From: Erysipelothrix larvae
Lineage (GTDB): Bacteria > Bacillota_I > Bacilli_A > Erysipelotrichales > Erysipelotrichaceae
NCBI RefSeq assembly: GCF_001545095.1
Contig: NZ_CP013213.1
Location: 150,001 to 182,000 of the forward strand
Direction of reading: 5' to 3'
DNA length: 32,000 bases
Notes under the pieces: generated by a model
What the model saw: the letters and a program-made list of their open reading frames with translations, nothing else
Databases searched by the model: none
What the model was told of the DNA's origin: nothing
Translations under genes and position numbers: made by a program
Part shown: positions 17,831-25,852 of the stretch, piece after piece
How positions within the stretch are numbered: position 1 is the stretch's first letter
Layout of the letters: every line of letters starts with the position of its first letter

Positions 17831-18857
17831 CCATTGGTTTCTTTCCATCATTATGTCCACAGTGAGAACACAGTTGACTGGACGGATACCAGGAATCAAT
17901 CTTGATTACTTTTTTCCCATACCAATCGGCTTTGTATTCGAGCTTTGCCACAAATTGTGACCACGACACATCTGCAATACTCTTTGAAACCCGCTTCGTC
18001 TTCATCATTTCTTTAACTTTTAAGGTTTCTATACAGAGCACATCATGGTTCTCGATTAGCTCCTTACTCACCTTGTTTAAGAAATCATTGCGTCGATTTG
18101 CGATCTTCTCATGGATTCGTGCGACTTTTAACTTTTGCTTTTGGTAATTCTTGGCTTCACTCAGCGGGACACCCCGTTTCTTTGCCTCCCTTTTACGTTT
18201 TGATAACTTACGTTGTTCTCGTTTCAGTGTTTGTGCTTCTTGGTTCGTGAATCGTGGGTTTGGAATCTGTGTTCCATCAGAGAGCACCGCAAAAGCAATC
18301 AATCCAAGATCAATCCCAACCTCAGACCCCGTCTTAGGTAGGTGCTCGATTGTTTCTTCGACTAAGAGTGAGACGTGATAGATTCCTGTTGTACTCCTTG
18401 ATATCGTTGCGGATTTAATATCACCTTTTGGGTGACGATGCATCTTGATTCTTACAAGACTCTTAAGTTTTGGCAGTTTAAGGTATTTATGATCTTTAAT
18501 GGATATTGTTCCTTTTTGATTGTTTGTGGTATAGGACTGCTCCATTTTTCTTGATTTATACTTTGGCTCACCTACCTTTGGATCTCGATAACAATTCTTA
18601 AATGCTCGGTCAAGATTCAATTGTGCATTCGCTAAGGCAAGACTGTCTACTTCCTTCAAATAAGGGTAATCTTCCTTATACTTTGCAGGTGTTGGAATTT
18701 TATCGTTTGTTGGAAGTCCGTTTCGATAATCCTCATTCATTTGAAGCCGCTCTTCAAGCATGAGGTTATACGTCTTACGAACACAACCAAACGTTTTTGC
18801 GAAAAAGATGATTTGCTCTTGGTTTGGATAAATTCTAAACCTGTAGGCACGTTTCAT
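17724..18857 (-). CDS. tnpB: TnpB (IS605 OrfB) RNA-guided endonuclease family protein, apparently intact
   Basis: The N-terminus MKRAYRFRIYPNQEQ is typical of OrfB. The RuvC-like acidic residues lie in GIDLGL, CIETLKV and HDRDLNASINI. The zinc ribbon is CSHCGH...CSNCN. Length is 377 aa. Confidence 0.92.
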   Translation of the reverse strand: MKRAYRFRIYPNQEQIIFFAKTFGCVRKTYNLMLEERLQMNEDYRNGLPTNDKIPTPAKYKEDYPYLKEVDSLALANAQLNLDRAFKNCYRDPKVGEPKYKSRKMEQSYTTNNQKGTISIKDHKYLKLPKLKSLVRIKMHRHPKGDIKSATISRSTTGIYHVSLLVEETIEHLPKTGSEVGIDLGLIAFAVLSDGTQIPNPRFTNQEAQTLKREQRKLSKRKREAKKRGVPLSEAKNYQKQKLKVARIHEKIANRRNDFLNKVSKELIENHDVLCIETLKVKEMMKTKRVSKSIADVSWSQFVAKLEYKADWYGKKVIKIDSWYPSSQLCSHCGHNDGKKPMEIRQWECSNCNITHDRDLNASINILNEGLRLSHQS

Positions 18858-19258
18858 CGCTTTTCCCCCTGTGTCTCAATATACTGTTTCAACACTTCTA
18901 GAGGAGCACCACCAACAGAAATAAAGCAGAAACTCTTTGAGCAAAAAGCATCTTTCCAAAGGGATGCTTTCACTTTTGGAAATTCTTTCTTAATCAAGCG
19001 ACTGCTTGCACTTTTGTAAGCATTGATAAACTTGCTAAGTGGTGTATTTGGATGGGCTTTGAATAGAATATGAACATGGTCAACATCATGATTCCATTCA
19101 ATACAGGTGATATTGTAGTTTGGAGCAATGGAAACAAAGATTTCATGAGCCCGTTTCGAAATTGAATCGTTGATGACTTTTCTGCGATATTTTGTGACAA
19201 AAACCATATGATATGTCAATAAAAACACAGAATGAGCATTATTGTCTAAAACCTGCAT
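18854..19258 (-). CDS. tnpA: IS200/IS605 Y1 (HUH) transposase TnpA
   Basis: Start at ATG 19258 (MQVLDNNAHSVFLLTYHMVFVTKYRRKV), 8 nt after GGGGAG, whereas the ORF-track start 19267 is GTG. The HUH motif is in DHVHILF and the catalytic Tyr is in LKQYIETQ. The stop TGA overlaps the tnpB ATG. Confidence 0.92.
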   Translation of the reverse strand: MQVLDNNAHSVFLLTYHMVFVTKYRRKVINDSISKRAHEIFVSIAPNYNITCIEWNHDVDHVHILFKAHPNTPLSKFINAYKSASSRLIKKEFPKVKASLWKDAFCSKSFCFISVGGAPLEVLKQYIETQGEKR

Positions 19259-19341
19259 ATTATGCACTCCCCTTACATTTCTACTGACTATATTATATCA
19301 TGATTTAAGGGTTAAAGACAGCCAATTCATCCCCCACTTAT

Positions 19342-19358
19342 AGAAGTCGGAGACTTCT
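19342..19358 (-). repeat. Left-end subterminal hairpin of the IS element
   Basis: The plus strand reads AGAAGTC-GGA-GACTTCT followed by TG, the same GAAG...CTTC-TTG design and orientation as at the right end. The adjacent CCCCCACTT (19331-19339) is the inverted complement of AAGTGGGGG (17611-17619). Confidence 0.55.
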
Positions 19359-19580
19359 TGGCATTTCTGTTAAATATCGTTTGAGCCTGTATAGAATCCC
19401 GGACTCATCCTATATATTATTAACTTATCAAACGTAATGTTGATAAAAAAGAGGAGCAAATAAAAATAATAGCGGTTTTAAGGTGAACTTATAAAAGAAT
19501 TAAGGGGTTAGGAAATCGATTATCCGGTGATTTTGGTTGATATTTTAGTGTATAATGAATGCAAGAGAAGTAAAGCAAAG

Positions 19581-20183
19581 ATGAAAATTGTATTAGTTAG
19601 ACATGGTTATACTGTTGGAAATGATTTAGGGCTCTATACAGGATGGTCCAATACATTGTTATCTGAGAAGGGAATTGAGGAGTTGAAAGGATATCGAGAT
19701 GAATATGATTATCCAAAGACAGATCGCTATTATACCTCGGATTTACAACGTACCATTGACACCTTTAAGTTACTCTATGGTGAAGAAACACCAATCACAG
19801 AATCTACATTTGCATTTCGTGAAATTAACTTTGGGGAATACGAAGATGTTCGTTGGGACAAAGTAGCGACACCTTACAACGATAACTATGTTAAGAATCA
19901 ACCCCATGTTCAAGGAGAAACAATTTCTCAAGTAAGCTTAAGATTATTTGGGAAATTAACAGCTGTGTTGTGTGAAATGATTGATAATAATGAAGATTCC
20001 GTGACCATAGTATGTCACTCAGGCGTTATTCGTACCATTCTTATGTTCTTGATGCCTTGCTCATTTGACAATTATTATGATATTGAGACACATAATGGAT
20101 TAGGGTATATTCTAAATATTGATTTTGATGAGAAGAATCATTATATAACATTAAATGATTTTGAAGCAATTCGTAAAAAGTAA
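19581..20183 (+). CDS. Histidine phosphatase (phosphoglycerate-mutase-like) family protein
   Basis: Start at ATG 19581. The N-terminus MKIVLVRHGYTVGN carries the RHG catalytic motif and a second catalytic His lies in VCHSGVIR. The ORF-track N-terminal extension (19527) lacks an RBS. Confidence 0.8.
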   Translation: MKIVLVRHGYTVGNDLGLYTGWSNTLLSEKGIEELKGYRDEYDYPKTDRYYTSDLQRTIDTFKLLYGEETPITESTFAFREINFGEYEDVRWDKVATPYNDNYVKNQPHVQGETISQVSLRLFGKLTAVLCEMIDNNEDSVTIVCHSGVIRTILMFLMPCSFDNYYDIETHNGLGYILNIDFDEKNHYITLNDFEAIRKK

Positions 20184-20192
20184 ATGAATGGT

Positions 20193-20222
20193 GGTCTGCT
20201 TGGTTTGGGCGGACCTTTTTTG
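20193..20222 (+). terminator. Rho-independent terminator
   Basis: GGTCTGC (20193-20199) pairs with GCGGACC (20209-20215) and is followed by TTTTTTT. Confidence 0.75.
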
Positions 20223-20436
20223 ATTAATGAAACGTCGCATCATAATTGCGCTTAAGGTGTGGGCAAAACACGTGAACGTGCGCGATATGCTCCTTATTGA
20301 TGCCTAAGACAGAAATCAATAAGATGAGAGTGGTTTCGTACGGGATATCCTATAAAAAAAATCATTGAAATGCACGAGTTTATCACCATAAGAAGCGTCT
20401 TCCATGTATAATAATAACGTATAAGGAGATTTAATC

Positions 20437-21258
20437 ATGATTGATAAGATAAGTACTCTGGACCCGATATTGTTGGCGTTAATGGCAACTCTATTTACGT
20501 GGGGTGTCACCGCATTAGGCGCTGCACTTGTGTTTTTCTTTAAGCAGATTAATGCGAAAGTATTGAATACAATGTTAGGTTTTGCATCAGGGGTTATGAT
20601 TGCAGCAAGTTTTTGGTCACTCTTAGCACCATCCATTGAGATGGCAGAAGGACTTGGTTATATTCCATGGTTAGTTGCGGCAATTGGATTTATGGCTGGA
20701 GGCTTATTTTTACTCGCAACGGATAAACTCTTACCGCACTTACATATGAATCATGATACACGTGATGCTGAAGGGATTAAAACCAGTTGGCAACGAAGTG
20801 TATTATTAGTACTTGCAATCACGCTTCATAACATACCAGAAGGTTTGGCTGTGGGTGTGGCATTTGGTGCTGCAGCAAGTGGCGCTTCAACAGCAACAGT
20901 TGGGAGTGCAATTGCGCTTGCAATTGGGATTGGGCTTCAAAACTTTCCAGAAGGCGCAGCGGTTTCGATCCCCTTAAGACGTGAAGGATTTTCACGATGG
21001 AAAGCCTTTGTCTATGGACAAGCATCAGGAATTGTAGAACCAGTTGCTGGGGTATTGGGGGCACTTCTTGTTACAGTGATGCAACCCATTCTTCCTTTTG
21101 CACTCGCATTTGCAGCAGGAGCTATGATCTATGTTGTCGTTGAGGAATTGATTCCAGAAGCACAAAGTGCAAAGGACACATCACACTCTGACCTTGCAAC
21201 AATGGGTGCAATGATTGGATTTTGCATCATGATGATTCTTGATGTGGCACTTGGGTAA
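20437..21258 (+). CDS. ZIP-family divalent metal transporter (ZupT/GufA-like)
   Basis: The protein has 8 TM segments. It carries the motifs [10 protein letters not shown] and [10 protein letters not shown] characteristic of ZIP/ZupT. The AAGGAG RBS is upstream. Confidence 0.9.
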   Translation: MIDKISTLDPILLALMATLFTWGVTALGAALVFFFKQINAKVLNTMLGFASGVMIAASFWSLLAPSIEMAEGLGYIPWLVAAIGFMAGGLFLLATDKLLPHLHMNHDTRDAEGIKTSWQRSVLLVLAITLHNIPEGLAVGVAFGAAASGASTATVGSAIALAIGIGLQNFPEGAAVSIPLRREGFSRWKAFVYGQASGIVEPVAGVLGALLVTVMQPILPFALAFAAGAMIYVVVEELIPEAQSAKDTSHSDLATMGAMIGFCIMMILDVALG

Positions 21259-21311
21259 TAAATTTCATAAATTTAGGGTATTATAGAGATATACACGGGA
21301 AAGTGAGGAAT

Positions 21312-22760
21312 ATGATGAATAAGAAAACAAATAGGTTCCCTGAGAACTTTTTATGGGGTTCAGCATCAGCTGCTTATCAAGTAGAGGGTGCATATAATGA
21401 AGATGGTAAAGGGCCTTCAGTTTGGGATAACTTTACACGCATTGAAGGGAAAACCTTCAAGGGAACAAATGGTGATATCGCTGTAGATCATTATCACCGT
21501 TATAAAGAGGATGTTCAGTTAATGAAGGAACAAGGCCTCAAGGCATATCGTTTCTCAGTAGCATGGAGTCGCGTCCTTCCTACAGGGCGTGGCGAAGTAA
21601 ATGAGATGGGAATTGAGTTCTACAACAATCTCATCGATGAGTTAATTGCAAATGATATTACTCCAGTACTCACAATTTATCACTGGGATTTACCACAAGC
21701 TTTATATGATGAGTACCAAGGGTGGGAAAGCAGAAAGATTATAGAAGACTTTACAAACTACGCGAAACTACTCTTTGAGCGCTTTGGTGACCGTGTAAAA
21801 TATTGGGTTTCACTGAATGAGCAAAACATCTTTGTAATGCATGGCTATTTAATGGGTTCACACCCTCCAGGATATAAAAATCCAAAACTTGCATTCCAAG
21901 TTAACCACCACGCAAACCTTGCGAATGCCTCTGTAATTAATGCATACCATGAAGGTGGATACCAAGGGAAAATTGGACCAAGCTTTGCATATGGTCCAGT
22001 GTATCCGAAAGATTGTGATCCAAAAAATGTCTTGGCGCATGAAAATGCAAAAGCACTTCAAAATGATTTCTGGACTGATGTTTATGTGTGGGGACGCTAT
22101 CCACGTCTTGTGATGAATCAGTTGAAAAAGGTTGGTTTGGATTTTGAAGTAACTGAAGCCGATCAAAAACTTCTTGAATCTGCAAAACCAGACTTTATGG
22201 GAATTAATTACTATCAATCAGGTACTGTTGAAATGATGCCTTTAGATGAAGTTCTAGAACAATCGAAACCAAACTACGAAGGAAAAAAAGGAACAACAAA
22301 GAGTACAGGACTACCTGGGTTCTTTAAAACGACTCCAAACCCATATTTAGAAACAACAAACTGGGATTGGGCAATTGATCCGATTGGGCTTCATATTTCT
22401 CTGCGCCGTCTTTATGAACGCTATGATTTACCACTCCTCATTACTGAAAATGGACTCGGGGAGTATGATAAATTAGAAGAAGGCGATAAAGTGCATGATG
22501 GCTATCGTATTGATTATCTTAAGAAACATTGCCTGGCAATTCACGATGCGCTAGAGGAAGGAATTCCAGTTTTAGGCTATTGCACTTGGAGTTACACGGA
22601 CTTGTTGAGCTGGCTTAATGGTTATCAAAAACGCTATGGCTTTGTATTTGTAAACCGTGAAGAAGCTGAAGGCAGTGACTTGAGACGAATTAAGAAGGAT
22701 AGTTACTTCTGGTATCAAGATGTAATTGCGACAAATGGATCAAATCTGTTTGAAGACTAA
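21312..22760 (+). CDS. Glycoside hydrolase family 1, probable 6-phospho-beta-glucosidase
   Basis: The N-terminus is FPENFLWGSASAAYQVEGA. The acid/base motif is LNEQN and the nucleophile motif is ITENG. The C-terminus WSYTDLLSWLNGYQKRYGFVFV has the S/K/Y pattern I associate with phospho-sugar specificity. Start at ATG 21312 after GTGAGGA. Confidence 0.88.
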   Translation: MMNKKTNRFPENFLWGSASAAYQVEGAYNEDGKGPSVWDNFTRIEGKTFKGTNGDIAVDHYHRYKEDVQLMKEQGLKAYRFSVAWSRVLPTGRGEVNEMGIEFYNNLIDELIANDITPVLTIYHWDLPQALYDEYQGWESRKIIEDFTNYAKLLFERFGDRVKYWVSLNEQNIFVMHGYLMGSHPPGYKNPKLAFQVNHHANLANASVINAYHEGGYQGKIGPSFAYGPVYPKDCDPKNVLAHENAKALQNDFWTDVYVWGRYPRLVMNQLKKVGLDFEVTEADQKLLESAKPDFMGINYYQSGTVEMMPLDEVLEQSKPNYEGKKGTTKSTGLPGFFKTTPNPYLETTNWDWAIDPIGLHISLRRLYERYDLPLLITENGLGEYDKLEEGDKVHDGYRIDYLKKHCLAIHDALEEGIPVLGYCTWSYTDLLSWLNGYQKRYGFVFVNREEAEGSDLRRIKKDSYFWYQDVIATNGSNLFED

Positions 22761-22846
22761 TCACATAAATTAACACTAAAAGGAGGCGAAAGTCTCTTTT
22801 TCTTCATTAGACTATTATATATAATATACGAAGAAGAGAGGGACTT

Positions 22847-23425
22847 ATGAAAAAGAAACTAAAACGCATTCTTATTGGATTTATCAGTCTTGGCATAATA
22901 TATGGCTTGTTTATATTCGGGCTTATTTTGAGTACATATCGTGAAGTGCCTCCTAAAGGTGTTGAAGTAATGATTGTTTTAGGTGCAAGAGTAAAAGGAG
23001 AAAATCCCGCAATACCTACGCGTGTCTTACAAGAACGTCTCGATACAGCGTACCAATACCTCGTGGATAACCCTGAAACGGTTGTGATTGTAACAGGTGG
23101 ACAGGGAGAAAACGAGTCAGAGCCTGAAGGTGTTGTGATGGGACGGACTTTAGTAGAGAAAGGAATCGACCCGACACGGATCTATATCGAACAGACTTCA
23201 ACTTCTACAATTGAGAATATTGAAAATGCGTTGCAAATCATCAAAACGGATACAGCAATTATTGTATCCAATGATTATCATATTTATAGAGCGAAGCGAA
23301 CTGCAAGAAATGCTGGTATTGAGACTGTGTATGGTCTCGCAGCACCTTCAACAACCATCGCAACATTTAGTTCGTATTTGCGAGAAATTGTTGCATTAGG
23401 ATATCATTTGATTTTTTCTCATTAA
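22847..23425 (+). CDS. YdcF/DUF218 (SanA/ElyC-like) family protein with N-terminal membrane anchor
   Basis: An N-terminal TM (ILIGFISLGIIYGLFIFGLIL) is followed by MIVLGARV...RLDTAYQYL...VIVTGGQG...SNDYHIYRA, the typical DUF218 core. Confidence 0.8.
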   Translation: MKKKLKRILIGFISLGIIYGLFIFGLILSTYREVPPKGVEVMIVLGARVKGENPAIPTRVLQERLDTAYQYLVDNPETVVIVTGGQGENESEPEGVVMGRTLVEKGIDPTRIYIEQTSTSTIENIENALQIIKTDTAIIVSNDYHIYRAKRTARNAGIETVYGLAAPSTTIATFSSYLREIVALGYHLIFSH

Positions 23426-23530
23426 AAAAGACCTCGTGATTTACGTACACCCACAATATTGCACATTGCTTAAATATGAGTACTCGAAAATGGACGATGT
23501 ATTATTATTGTTAAGCTTATGAAAGGTGCA

Positions 23531-23578
23531 TAAAAAAACGAGAGGTGATGATGCTGATAGCAGGGAAGCATCATCACC
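23531..23578 (-). terminator. Strong rho-independent terminator of the surface-protein gene
   Basis: A 12-bp stem forms between GGTGATGATGCT (23544-23555) and AGCATCATCACC (23567-23578). On the minus strand it is followed by TTTTTTT (plus-strand A-run 23532-23538). Confidence 0.8.
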
Positions 23579-23641
23579 TTTCTCAATATCAACAACATGT
23601 TTTTGTTGAATCGATTCCATGAAAACACATGTTGAACGCGG

Positions 23642-25852
23642 TTAATTATTTTTTGTAGCTTTCTTAAGTGTATGTATATTGATTAAAAACATAATGATAC
23701 CTAAGGCTATTGCTGAACCTTCAACAAATAACGCAGTATTAGTGGTTCCTGATTGTGGGAGTGATGAAACAGGTTTTTGAGTGAACGCATCGGTTGACTT
23801 AGGTGTTTCTGAATTTTGGTGTGGTGTGTCAATTTTAACTTTTGGTGTATTGTCAACTTCAGAACTTGGTGGAATATTTTGATTTCCAGAACTTGGAGGA
23901 GTATTTGTATTTCCAGAAATCGGTGGTGTTTTCTTGACTTCTGTCGTATTATCTGGAGTTGTTTTAGGATCATTATTTGGCGATTTATCTTTATCTTCAA
24001 GTGTAGGAACTTGATTCTCCTTGGTAGGTTCTTCATTATCATTATTTAATGTTTCGTTGAGTTTCCATTGAGCGGTGAAAGTGATAGGGTCAATGATCTC
24101 AAATCCATCTTCTAGCATTCCAGAACTAGGGCTAAGCCAACCAAGGAATGTATATCCATCTCGAATAGGAACAAGATTAGTGTTTAATTTACTTCCTTGG
24201 TCGAGATAAACATTGAAAGAAAGCTTCCCTGTTACATCTGCTTCATCAAGTTTTCTTGATCCGTCGTTTTGACTTGATAGGAGTGTATTAAAGAAGTCAA
24301 CTGCAGATGCATCATAGATGCCTCCATTTGCATCAAAGGTAACTTTTGTGACGAGTACAAATGAGATATCAACATTATTATAAAGATTAGTATAAGGTTG
24401 AGTTACACCAGTGATGTTTTTAATATTCTCACTGTAGATTTCAGTATATAACTTATTGGTTTTTTCATCCTTAACGGTGAAACTCGAGTCGTCTATTTCC
24501 CAGGCAACGCCATTCATACCAATTTTGTTGTTTTCAAAAAGTGCTCCATCAATGTGAATTGAATCTAAACACCCATTTTCTAAGTGGATACCAGCGTCTC
24601 TTAAGGAAAAATTATCGGTAATACTACCACCTTTAATAGTCAGCTCGTTTGTATTATCCACTTTGTTGTGAGCAGCATCAAAGAAAATGCCACCACCCAA
24701 ATCTGCACGGTTTAGGAGTGCTTCATCTTTAGTTGTATAATCAAATGTCGTATTACCTTGGATAGTTGTATTCTCAATAACTGTATTAGTGTTAGTGAAG
24801 ATACCGCCACCACTTCCTGCGTGATTTCCGATGAATGTTGAAGCTTCAATCCATGTTGTTGGAGTATTATTACTACTCGAGAATATAGCGAGCCCTCCTC
24901 CTTGGAATAATTGACTTGGTGTGTAAGTTTTCCCAAAAAAGATATCAGGGTTTGGTATCGTATCTGACTTATTATAGGAGAATGTAGTGTTTGTAATATG
25001 TATTTCTTGGTTGTAATTTGCACCTAGTACAACAACCATTCCTCCCCCACCAGACTGAATCGCTTTATAATAGGGTGTATCAATTGATGCCGCAAACCCA
25101 TATGCTATATTATTGGATAGTGTTGCATCACTTACATCTATAGGGTGAGTATCCTCAAATATATAAACTCCTCCACCTGAGCGGTATGCTGTATTATTGT
25201 TTATGATACCACTGATGTCAACCTTACCTCTATTTATTGAGATTGCCCCCCCTTTATTGGTTGCGACATTTTTCGTGAGTGTAACATCTTTCTCAACAAT
25301 TAATGTACTGTTGTCTCCATCTAGAAAGATGCCCCCGCCTGATCCTGAATAGACCGAAGAAGGGGTGTATCCAGCTTTATTTTCACTAACAACAGCACCA
25401 CTCTCTAAGTGGATGTATGCACCAAGACCTTCAATTGCACCTCCGTGTCCACTGCTATAGTTTTGGCGAAGTGTTGTGTTGTGCTTAATAATTAGCGACC
25501 CAAGAGTATTATTTTTTTCTTGTACTAAGATACCGCCACCTGTTGTATTGCCATCAATTATAATCCCATCAAGTGTGAGTGATGCTCCGTTAACTATAAA
25601 ATGTCTTGATTTTGAAGCAACAATGATGTTCCCCATCTCTGATTGAATCGTAATATCTTTCGTGATTTCAATTGGCTTATCTAAACTGTAGTTTTTATCA
25701 ATTACAAGTGTACCCCCATCTTGAGTCTGACTAACAAGATCTGCCAGAGTTGCTTCCCCAATGGCATGGACAAATGTTGGGCTGAATTCACACCCAATAA
25801 GGAATACTAAGATGAATAAATTCTTAAATATCGTTTTGATTATTTTCCTCAT
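23642..25852 (-). CDS. Cell-surface protein: signal peptide, beta-helix repeats (Pmp-like GGxI motifs), Listeria-Bacteroides type repeat, P/T/N-rich stalk, LPQSG sorting signal
   Basis: The signal peptide is MRKIIKTIFKNLFILVFLIGCEFSPTFVHA. GGAI/GGGI/GGGV motifs recur about every 25-40 aa. The segment VTFDANGG...YTFLGWL resembles Flg_new repeats. The C-terminus is LPQSGT plus a hydrophobic stretch plus KKATKNN. Confidence 0.8.
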   Translation of the reverse strand: MRKIIKTIFKNLFILVFLIGCEFSPTFVHAIGEATLADLVSQTQDGGTLVIDKNYSLDKPIEITKDITIQSEMGNIIVASKSRHFIVNGASLTLDGIIIDGNTTGGGILVQEKNNTLGSLIIKHNTTLRQNYSSGHGGAIEGLGAYIHLESGAVVSENKAGYTPSSVYSGSGGGIFLDGDNSTLIVEKDVTLTKNVATNKGGAISINRGKVDISGIINNNTAYRSGGGVYIFEDTHPIDVSDATLSNNIAYGFAASIDTPYYKAIQSGGGGMVVVLGANYNQEIHITNTTFSYNKSDTIPNPDIFFGKTYTPSQLFQGGGLAIFSSSNNTPTTWIEASTFIGNHAGSGGGIFTNTNTVIENTTIQGNTTFDYTTKDEALLNRADLGGGIFFDAAHNKVDNTNELTIKGGSITDNFSLRDAGIHLENGCLDSIHIDGALFENNKIGMNGVAWEIDDSSFTVKDEKTNKLYTEIYSENIKNITGVTQPYTNLYNNVDISFVLVTKVTFDANGGIYDASAVDFFNTLLSSQNDGSRKLDEADVTGKLSFNVYLDQGSKLNTNLVPIRDGYTFLGWLSPSSGMLEDGFEIIDPITFTAQWKLNETLNNDNEEPTKENQVPTLEDKDKSPNNDPKTTPDNTTEVKKTPPISGNTNTPPSSGNQNIPPSSEVDNTPKVKIDTPHQNSETPKSTDAFTQKPVSSLPQSGTTNTALFVEGSAIALGIIMFLINIHTLKKATKNN
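23849..23929 (-). repeat. Three imperfect 27-nt tandem repeats inside the surface-protein stalk
   Basis: They encode TPPISGNTN / TPPSSGNQN / IPPSSEVDN. The DNA units share the TTCCAGAA(C/A)-T(T/C)GG(A/T)GG cores visible at 23870-23925. Confidence 0.7.

Larger units (their letters stand above)
17543..19426 (-). mobile_element. IS200/IS605-family insertion sequence (tnpA plus tnpB); ends approximate
   Basis: A Y1 HUH transposase gene and an OrfB/TnpB gene overlap by ATGA. Similar GAAG...CTTC-TTG hairpins lie in the same orientation at 17607-17628 and 19342-19358. The outer limits are set by TTGAT (minus strand 19431-19427) and TCAA (minus strand 17546-17543). Inner alternatives are about 17597 and about 19369-19380. 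Confidence 0.8.

Noticed and set aside
23590-23641. A hairpin formed by CAACATGT...ACATGTTG (8-bp stem, 24-nt loop) just downstream of the surface-protein stop.
   Set aside because: It has a large loop and no T-run. The strong 12-bp terminator at 23544-23578 already explains termination, so this is probably incidental.
25778-25852. The lipobox-like FLIGC in the surface-protein signal peptide, suggesting a lipoprotein.
   Set aside because: An AXA-type signal peptidase I site (VHA/IG) follows, and the protein carries a C-terminal sortase-type signal. Dual anchoring is unlikely. The point is kept only as a remark inside the surface-protein finding.
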